DNA of 64,000 nucleotides, from contig OX597820.1 of the NCBI GenBank assembly GCA_951406725.2, positions 91,202,001 to 91,266,000 on the forward strand, given 5' to 3'. The stretch is from Octopus vulgaris (lineage: Eukaryota). The position numbers and the translations under genes are program-made. Shown here in pieces: positions 55,003 through 64,000 of this stretch (its first letter is position 1; each line of letters opens with the position of its first letter). The notes under the pieces are model-generated. The model worked only from the letters and a program-made list of their open reading frames with translations, was not told the origin of the DNA and did no database searches.

Positions 55003-55338
55003 CATACGACAGGCTTTTTTTCAGTTTCCGTTTACCAAATCTATTCATAAGGCTTTGGTCAGCCCGACGATATAGTAGAAGACACTTGCCCAAGGTGCCA
55101 TGCAGTGGGACTGAACCCGTAACCATGTTGTTAGGAAGCAAGCTACTTACCACACAGCCACTCCTACACTTAGTTTCACACATCTTCATGTTCACAGTTC
55201 AAATTCTGCCAAGGTCAACTTTGTCTCTAATCCTTTTGGGGTCAATGAAATAAGTACCAGTCAAGCACTGGGGTCAATGTTATCACCTTACCCACTTCCT
55301 CAAAATTGCTGGCCTTGTGCCAAAATTTGAAATCAATA
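54678..55338 (+). mobile_element. SINE family 2 interrupted by a family 1 SINE
   Basis: Head gctggcagaattgttagc...aaaatg at 54678-54718; remainder cttag...gttcaaattctgccaaggtcaactttg resumes at ~55170. Confidence 0.75.
54719..55171 (-). mobile_element. SINE family 1, full length
   Basis: Complete reverse-complement copy. Confidence 0.92.
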
Positions 55339-55973
55339 TTTAATTTACCTGAATTCTGGTTTGGTACAAGAGACCACAAAACTACTGTTAATTTTGAAAT
55401 TGTATTCAGCTTATTTCCATTATCAGATTTGAATTGGTTATTTATAAAGTTAGACATTTTATATATCTAAATCAGAGACTGGTTATTTAGATTTCCTTAT
55501 TGAATTGGTGGATGCACATGCTAAACAATATGATTTAGTTGTAGCAATATTTCAAATACATTCCAATGAAGCTAACATGATAATATATGTCAGTTAGTCT
55601 CTTAAAAGTTTCTATACCGAAATTTAATGTATTTCAGAAGCAATGCAGATGTTTATATTATACATAACTCACACATACGCTCGCATATGCACACACATGT
55701 ACTCACACACACATCAACATACTCACATATAAACACACATGAACAAGCTCACACACCCACATAAACACACTCACACAGTGTTCTGCTTTTCCTTATGGTC
55801 TTTTGGATACACCCAGTTTTCTTTCTGATCATTAAACATTGAAAGATATTTCAACTAATTAGATACCTGCTATGAAAGTTTCCCATTGCATAAGCTTGAA
55901 ACAGGCATCTGTTCACCACATAATGAAATCCTAAACAGTTTAATCCTAAACCACACAGCCACTCCTATGCCTA

Positions 55974-56142
55974 TAGGCATAGGAGTGACTGCGTGGTAAG
56001 TAGCTTGCTTATGAACCACATGGTTCTGGGTTCAGTCCCACTGCGTGGCACTTTGGGCAAGTGTCTTCTATTATAATCTTGGGCCGACCAAAGCCTTGTC
56101 TGTAGATTTGGTAGACGGAAACTGAAAGAAGCCCGTTGTATA

Positions 56143-56191
<49 letters not shown>

Positions 56192-56412
56192 ATGTATATA
56201 TATATATATATGTGTGTGTGTGTATGCTTGTGTGTCTGTGTTTGTCCACCCCAACATCGCTTGACAACCGATGCTGGTGTGTCTACGTCCCTGTAACTTA
56301 GCGGTTCAGCAAAAGTGACTATAAATACTAGGCTTACAAAGAATAAGTCCTGGGGTCGATTTGCTTGACTATGGCCACAGTCAAATGACTGAAACAAGTA
56401 AAAGAGTAAAAG
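55974..56412 (+). mobile_element. SINE family 1, near full length
   Basis: Complete head and body; small deletion before the tail. Confidence 0.92.
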
Positions 56413-58575
56413 TGTAGTATCTGATGAACTTGCCTGATTCTCAATTCAGCCTTTCATTAGTCTCTCTTATCGCACACAGCTTTCTAATTAATTCGTTTAG
56501 TGCTCAATGGACAGTCTCTTTCAAACACATTTGAAACTATATGACTAATCATAAAGTTGTAAAATACTGTGAATAATTTAAAATTTCTTTTTATCTAATC
56601 TTCATGGAATAAAATGGTTGCCCCAGTCTGCTGATGTAACTATTTGTTGGTTAATTTAACACAGCATTTTTATTTTTTCAACATTCATTTTGTCTCCATT
56701 TAAATTGATGCTTTTGGGCTCTGAAACAGGACTATTCATAGAAACAAAGAATATGGAAAAGCATATAGAAATATAGAGGAATGTTATTAAAATTGTAGAT
56801 AGATTAACTTCTATTGAAATTGTGCTCATGGTGGTGGTATTGATTGCTGTTGTGCAAATTGTTAATTAGCACAACAGTTATACAGATAATTGCCCTAATT
56901 TTATTTATGTTTTTAAAGTATGAATTGTTATAAGAATGCTGACTTTAATCACATCGGTCATTGAGTGTAAGGTATTTGTTTTTCATTCTAACTGGAGCAC
57001 AAATTTTGTTGCAATTTATAACTACTAAATTTTTTTATTAAAAGGGACACTTGTGTTTAATGAGTCTTTCTTGGAAATTATGAATATTGAATACACAATT
57101 ATTTTTTTTACATAATTCCTATAGTGCTGTATTTTGGAATGATGCCTAATCTACAATTAGTAAAAAAATATGTATTTAGTTATATTAACCTAAAACTGTT
57201 ACACCAAGCAAAGAGTTATCTACTATTTATAGAAAATCTTCCTGTAGAAATAATATTTCTTATGTCATACCTTTATTCCTTAATTAGTATTGAAAGATAA
57301 AACTCACACCCACTATAACTATTTCACAATGAAGAACTGTACAGGAAAAGCCAAATAACCTGTATATAATATATGATGTAATAAAACATTTTAAATTATT
57401 GTTGTAAGAAATACAAAAATAAAAATGGTAATTTGACCAATATTTGATATTCAATATATGTGGCGATTAAATTATAAACAATATCCTGAATGATTATATG
57501 TATATTTTGTCTTACATTATTTAAAGTTCATAGATATTCACATCTGTGAATCTTTAACAGTTGCATCTAGTGAAGTTGCTTGAATGTAAAATTATTCCCC
57601 TCAATTTATCTCTAATTGATACAATCAAACACTCAATGACTAATCTCTCTCTCTCTCTGATCTATGTTACACTAAATGTCCAAATCACCTTAGACATTCA
57701 ATACTGTGAATGATTGAAGTTTCCTTTTACTTAATCAAACATATTCTCTAAAAAAGCAAAAAAAACTTGATGTTGAATATTCTTGTGGTCACATTATGCA
57801 TCTAGTGGCGTCTCAATTTTTTTCCCAATATTTTGTTGCTACAGTAATTGCAATCAAGTAATCAATTTGTTTATTTTCATTGGATATTTTACAAATAAAC
57901 AATTTATTAGCCAACTATCTTCAAAGTAAACAAGATTTCTCTTTGCATTATTTTAAGCAGAAAAGTAGAAACTTCTAACTCTGCTAGGATTTGAATAAAA
58001 TAGTGATTTTACACAGTTATCTTGATTTTACTGATAAAAAGAGAATTAAGAGGTTTCAAAGAAACAAGAGATGAAAATTTGAAAGACTTGGTATATGTGA
58101 TATTTGGTATAAGTGATGTTTGTTATCGGTAACTTAAAAATAATAATAAAAAACATAGCCTGTTTTAAATCGTCAGGATTAACCATATCAAGTTAGGTAG
58201 ATGCACGTTGTAGCCTGCAGCTACATCATCACATGAGTAATCATATGCTAAAGTAGAGGCCTCAACAGAATCAATTGGCCATAGAGGAATATCTAGTAAA
58301 TCCCAATTAAAATATACACAATGTCTTTAAAAGAAGTGCTAAATGCACAAGTTGTGGGGAGCAGATTGGATTGTTATAGTTGGGAAAAAAACCTTTCATT
58401 GTAAATCACCTTGTGACTAGACAACAACACCGAGAACAACAATAGTAGCTTCTATACTTGACCAAAGGCACTAGAGGTACAAGTACAATTACTAAAGAAA
58501 AGGTTAAATATGCTACATCTGATAAATTGCTGAAAAATGCCTCGTAACTTTATTGTTTCTGAAGACTGATGCTGA

Positions 58576-58984
58576 AGGGCGAAGACGTTCGACCTTTATT
58601 CTTTAGAAAAACGCCACCGCCGTGGTGATCTCATTCTTGCTCACAACATCATAAGCGGAAAGTGTAACCTCTCGAAAGAGCTGTTCTTCACTCCTGATCC
58701 AGAGCGTCGGCTGCGGGGTCACTCCGAAAAGCTCTATCTGCAACGATTTCATCTCAATCGAAGGAGAGGGGCTTTCTCCGTCCGGGTTGCAGATCCGTGG
58801 AATAAGCTGCCGGACGAGATGGTGAAGATGCCGACGACCGCTCAGTTCAAAGTCTCCCTTGACCATAAGTGGCTGAACTCTTTACATGAGCACCACCCTG
58901 TACATAACTCCATGTCCCCCTACATGGCCTTGCTTTTTGCTTTTTGAGCCAAAAAATTAACTAACTAACTAACTAACTAACTAA
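58576..58984 (+). mobile_element. 5'-truncated CR1-type LINE 3' end with (TAAC)n tail
   Basis: Open frame 58576-58947: DLYSLEKRHRRGDLILAHNIISG...RLRGHSEKL...RRGAFSVRVADPWNKLPDEMV...FKVSLD, the CR1 ORF2 C-terminal signature. CpG-rich; tandem taac tail. Confidence 0.9.
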
Positions 58985-59348
58985 TTTAATCTGTTATTGA
59001 TATTATACAAGTAGTGATTAATTGATGTAATGAAGCTGTAACTATAGTGCAAGGTATTTACCCAAGATGACATGCCGTTGGATCGAACTCAGAAGCCACA
59101 TTTTGCAATGTGAAGCTCTTACCCACATGGTTGTGCAAGTAACTACATATACCCGTGTGTTACAATAGTTTACAAATGGCCACTTTAAAAATTACAAAAA
59201 GCTTTCAGCTGTCGGTAGAGTATATTTATTGGAGTGTTTAAGTTGATTACCACTGCTCCATGACTTATAGTTTCATACCAGCTAAGGAAATTGACAGATA
59301 AATGATTGAAAATCCTTCGGTCATTTCTTATGTTCTATTTCAACTCAC

Positions 59349-59387
59349 CCGAATCCATTTGTTCTGTGGTTCTTGTATTTTGTAATT
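59349..59387 (-). other. Candidate 39-nt exon of an unidentified minus-strand gene
   Basis: Minus strand ttttctttcttttatgaatAG|aattac...ggattcgg|GTGAGT; open in all three frames. An upstream donor GTAAGC (59468-59463) would give an 81-nt intron. Confidence 0.3.
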
Positions 59388-60459
59388 CTATTCATAAAAG
59401 AAAGAAAAATATACAACATATTTCAGCCAGTTTTTCGCTACACATCAGCAAATTTTGATGTAGCTTACTAGCCATTTCAAGCTATAATCAGTAATTCTTG
59501 AAAACTCTCGAAATATTTGCTACAAAAACTTGCCCGAAGCAAAGAAGCAGATTACATTTTCATGGTTAGATCGTAAGTTAGCACATCAGCTTTTGTAAAG
59601 AATTGAACATATTAATATTTGACAAAAGTTATTTTTCTGCAAGATATGACTTTAAGCAACGACATTCACAGTTCATACGATATAATGTATGCTTACATAC
59701 AAAGACACGCGCACAAACACCCTCTCTCTCACACACACGTATATGAATTCAAAGCAAACACGCATATGCACAAATACATATAAATATATATGACACAGAA
59801 ATGGATTCTTCATATTATACGCAAACTGAATTGGGAACCGCCGCTGGTAAATAATTCTCTTCTGAAAAGAAGAATAAAATCATAACATTAACACGTAGAA
59901 GTAATTATAATGTCCGTAAATCACAACCTCCGAGGTCTGGAGAGCATTATAATTTAAACATCACTCAAGGTATTGACTTTTAGTTCTACTGGTATTGAAT
60001 GTTGTATTAATACAATTCAATGAATACTTCAGTTTACCATCACACATGCACCTCCCTCATATACAAACACACAGAGAAATAAGTTCCGTATTCTTCAAAC
60101 TTATTCTTAAGTAAATAGAGACGTAGCTTTGGCTATATTTTAAATTTTTATCTAGCACTCCTGTGAAAATTTGACCTGTGCTTGAATACAATATTCTAAA
60201 GGTTTGTATGTGTGCGCCTGTGTAGACACACACACACACACATAATAACCAGTAATACAGATTAATAAATCAAAGTGGATATCTTGTAAGCATGCAATGG
60301 TTAAGCGAACTTAGCTAACTGTATCAACAATCAAATACCAATAGATCCATGTAAAATTAATTCCCCCGGTGTATACATCCACACACACCTTCGCCCTACA
60401 AATACATCCATATGTACATACGCACGCGCACATATATGATGGACTCTCACATCAATTCT

Positions 60460-60730
60460 GACGTATGACTGTCCAGTTGTTCAACTGGACAATCTACTCA
60501 TTGAACTAGCAACATTTCACAGAACGGTATACAGCTACGTGTATTCTTCAACTAATTGTCAGGTAGTTCAACGCCACGGCAACTGGAATAAAAACCAGTC
60601 TAATAAGTATGAAGACTTGAGACTGATTTTAACTTCACATAAGCTCAATTCACGACATCCACATTGAACCGTGATCGGGCGGAGAGAAAATGCCGAGGCC
60701 TTCGTCCTTCAGTGGCTTGAAGGTGGCTTA
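60460..60730 (+). mobile_element. Possible hAT transposase C-terminal (dimerisation domain) relic
   Basis: Frameshifted reading IELATFHRTVYSYVYSSTNC / R*FNA..IKTSL..KT..LHIS / NAEAFVLQW resembles S(T)AxCERxFSxMxxIKTxxRxxL...FxxxxxVxxW. Confidence 0.35.
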
Positions 60731-61489
60731 AAAAACAGTTACAAAAGTTTAAACTTTGATCATTTTTACTCAGTCTGCAAACAGGATTTGGAAGCTGTGA
60801 ATTTGTACATGACAATACGTGGTGTCAACTGTAAACAAATGAAATATTGGCGGATTTCTACTTTACGCACGCCATATAAGCCCTCGAGTTAAGGGTTCCT
60901 CATGAAGATAACATGGACGCCGCTCAGGCTCGAATGATTGACCGTTATAAAACCTTCTCGATTAATGTTAAGTTGCAGGCTGGAAAGCGGAGCATTTTCC
61001 AATCAAATTTGGATGTATAAGATTCGTTTGACAAAGTAGAGCCACTGTTGTTATTGCTAGGCCTAACTTATCTTGAAGCAAATACCACCATGAATGATTT
61101 ACAAACAACAGTGGAAAAGGTAATCCACTGGATTTGGTTAAAATAAGACGATGAAAAATAACTAGAAGAATATTAGGCGAAACTAAATAACCAGTTGATT
61201 AGCAAGCGGGGCTTATTTTCAGTGAGGTGGGGCCGGTGAGTAATGATGCCGTGGAGAGGTAGGCTCCGAAGCGGCGTGCATTCTCTTCTAATGACTCCAT
61301 AAACTTGCTAGCATCCGGTATGCGCAGCTTTCAACCGGTACCACTTGCATCTGCAAGTTGTTTGTAAAAAATCACACGGGAACGCAAAAAAACAAAAAAC
61401 AAATTGGTACGTGATTTAAGGCCTATATCGCTATTATTTATCACTTCTCACAACCACCATGTAATAAGCGAAAATGACCGCGTAAGTAA

Positions 61490-61560
61490 GCAGCTTGGTA
61501 ACAGTTGGGTTTGTTACTATAGAAACAGACATGAATGTTTCTGGTTTACGATTGGCTAAA
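61490..61560. promoter_or_regulatory. Candidate promoter: RFX X-box plus CCAAT box in a CpG-rich region
   Basis: GTTACTATAGAAAC at 61513-61526 fits GTHNYYATRRNAAC. Half-site ttggtaac at 61495-61502; gATTGGct at 61550-61557; CpG-rich 61200-61490. Confidence 0.45.
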
Positions 61561-61696
61561 ATTACCTCAAATGTGCAAACTTTAAAAGCTATTAACTTTT
61601 TATTTATTTATTTCTGGCAAAATGAATTTCATGACTAGGATTAGCATACAAAACTACATCATTACACCTAGCATGAATCAGTTGGAACAGAAATTA

Positions 61697-61990
61697 CATA
61701 TATATACGACGTGTTTCTTTCAGGTTCCGTTTATCAAATCCATTCACAAGGTTATAACAGAAGACACTGCCCTTTACAAAGCCTCTACATTTTAGGCCAA
61801 TATCTGGCTACCAAATAGTATCATACATCACATGCAAGCACTATAAAATTTACCTTCCAATCTTGAGAGAATGCCATTGCTGCCAGCAAAAGTGATAACT
61901 CCCTGAAATCCACTGCTTTTAATAGTCTTAGCTTCACTGGTAATTAGACCAGCTTAACCATGTGGTTAAGAAGCAAAATTCTTATCCCAA
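61697..61990 (-). mobile_element. SINE family 1 relic carrying a 182-bp captured RTE fragment
   Basis: ...caaatccattcacaagg...agaagacactgcc[61772-61953]aaccatgtggttaagaagcaaa; the insert matches 45266-45447. Confidence 0.8.
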
Positions 61991-62822
61991 TTCAGGCACA
62001 CACAAACACATATTTGTAAAATGCAACAAGGCTTTGCACAGTTTACGTCTAACAGATCCCACATAGAATGCATTGATCGCTTTAAAAGACTGGTAAAAGA
62101 CCGTCGCCGTTAGATCGAAGCCAGCAACACAATGCTACGACGCAAACTTCTAAACCACACAATCGTATCTTCCCCAATTTCATTTCTCAATTTTACTACA
62201 TACTTTATGATATGCAGCTTTGACGACAGAAAAATCACTTTGCTTATCAACTTAATACATGTCTCTAAAGTTTTTACAAGCTGCTATAGCATGTTTGATT
62301 TTTGTGAGTTACTTTGTATCATTTACTGCTGGATGCTCCGAGGCAAATTTATCATAAAGTGCTATAACAATAACAACAACTACAACAACAGACAAAGATA
62401 GCGATTTTGACAATGTTAATGATAAAGATGACAAGATTGCTTAGTGTGATGATGAGAACAATGATAACGATACTATACAAATGTTCACAGTTAAGATGGT
62501 GAAAATTATGATAGAGAAGTAGACAAAATGATCTTGTTATGGCTTTCCATGATGTTAAATTCTGTAAATTAGTTGCTAGATAATTAAAATCAATCAGCTT
62601 TTTCAAATGCTCGTTACCTTTCCTTCTAGAGGCCGATAACGTAATCAAATATTGCATCTTCCACATGCATACTGACTAATTATTTTATTCCGTCTAATTA
62701 TGTTAAATCTCCTTGTATTTGAAATTATATTACAATCTACTCCATAAACAATTGAAATTAATATAATGTTTAAGTGGCATTAAACCTCGCTTTCACTACC
62801 TACTCTTTACCAATTAAATATA

Positions 62823-62887
<65 letters not shown>

Positions 62888-62890
<3 letters not shown>

Positions 62891-62945
62891 CATATTTGTA
62901 GACATGCATATATATATATAGAAACATAATCCATATATATATGTT

Positions 62946-62981
<36 letters not shown>

Positions 62982-63031
62982 CATATTTGTAGACATGCAT
63001 ATATATATAGAAACATAATCCATATATATAT

Positions 63032-63082
<51 letters not shown>

Positions 63083-63158
63083 TATATAGGCATATTCGTA
63101 GACATGCATATATATATATATATATATATAGAAACATAATCGATATATATATGTTTAT
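62888..63158. repeat. Three-copy compound repeat with variable (TA)n linkers
   Basis: aggcatatttgtagacatgca(ta)n gaaacataatcca(ta)n tgtttata starting at 62888, 62979 and 63088. Confidence 0.9.
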
Positions 63159-64000
63159 AAATAGATACATATATGATAGATATATATATTATATAAAATA
63201 CGTAAATGTGTGTTATATGTGTATGCAATATTCATATAACATACACGTTCCTATAATACACTTTAATACGATTAAATAAACATAAATATAATATACATAA
63301 TATCAATAATGTTTCTATTTATCTATCTTTTTTCTCTCTCACACTATGTATATAATTATTATATAAATGTATATAATTATTAAAGTGGCAAGAGGTAATT
63401 GAAAACCAAAAGATACAAATAGGCGCAAAAACAATACACTAAAAGGGACGAAGGGTGCAAGTCAACACCAGCACTGCTAGAAATAAGAGTCAAAATAACT
63501 CCTAGCCACGATCAGTGTATTTACTGTTTAACAGATCACTTTCTATACACTGACAAGGGAGATGGCTTCCCTACAGCAAGCAAGGGCATCTGGAACGGCC
63601 GGCTGATTTCGGATAGAATTAATCCTCAGCGGTGACTCCGTTGCCGATGGGTAAGTTAAATCGACTTGTCAGTTTATAGACTATACCATAGGAAACAGTG
63701 GCTGATTCACTAAAATGGTAAAGTGAAAATTACAAAATTAATAAAGTGGCTAGACACAATTTAAAACCAAAAGACACAAATACAATCGTCACTAAAAGTG
63801 ACTAAGTGTGCAAGTGTCTAGCATTGTAAGAAATAAGAGTCAAAATAATTCTTAGCCACAAACAGAACAACTAAATGATATTAAGTTTGTTGAGATAATT
63901 TTGAAATATAACTTCCAAAAACCTCTTCTGCTCCTCTCATGAGATTTTGCCGAGTACAATAATTTAATTATTGCAATTTAATCTTTGGGCAAAATTGAAA

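Noticed and set aside
58958-58984. Telomeric repeat
   Set aside because: The unit is TAAC, the tail of the CR1 element, not TTAGGG/CCCTAA.
60470-60491. 10-bp perfect hairpin tgtccagttg-tt-caactggaca
   Set aside because: Too short and isolated to interpret.
60440-60892. ~150-codon frame with one in-frame TGA (selenoprotein or readthrough)
   Set aside because: No start or splice support and no SECIS recognised; better explained as a decayed transposase relic or chance.
62888-63158. CRISPR-like repeat-spacer pattern
   Set aside because: The spacers are only (TA)n tracts.
754-63228. YIYI/THTH/LSIY/CVCV-type ORFs in the supplied track
   Set aside because: Translations of (TA)n, (CA)n and (TCTA)n microsatellites and SINE bodies.

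Overview
AT-rich, microsatellite- and repeat-dense animal DNA. The SINE families look like those of octopod cephalopods; this is inferred from recognised repeat sequences, not from a database search. No complete protein-coding gene can be supported, and most of the ORF track comes from microsatellites, SINEs or decayed transposons. The window holds about 25 copies of four tRNA-derived or RTE-tailed SINE families, plus relics of RTE, R4/Dong, CR1 and probable HERO-like and Penelope-like retroelements, an internally deleted mariner and a possible hAT relic. The most notable signal is a set of fold-back (inverted-repeat) insertions, several beside (TA)n tracts. Two carry type-I hammerhead ribozyme cores (22453-22503 on minus; 49897-50045 on both strands of a perfect 174-bp-arm palindrome nested in a SINE). 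Other observations are a two-unit minisatellite, a 182-bp locally copied insertion, a shift from CpG-poor to CpG-rich sequence near 58-59 kb, and a candidate RFX/CCAAT promoter at about 61.5 kb with possible minus-strand micro-exons.
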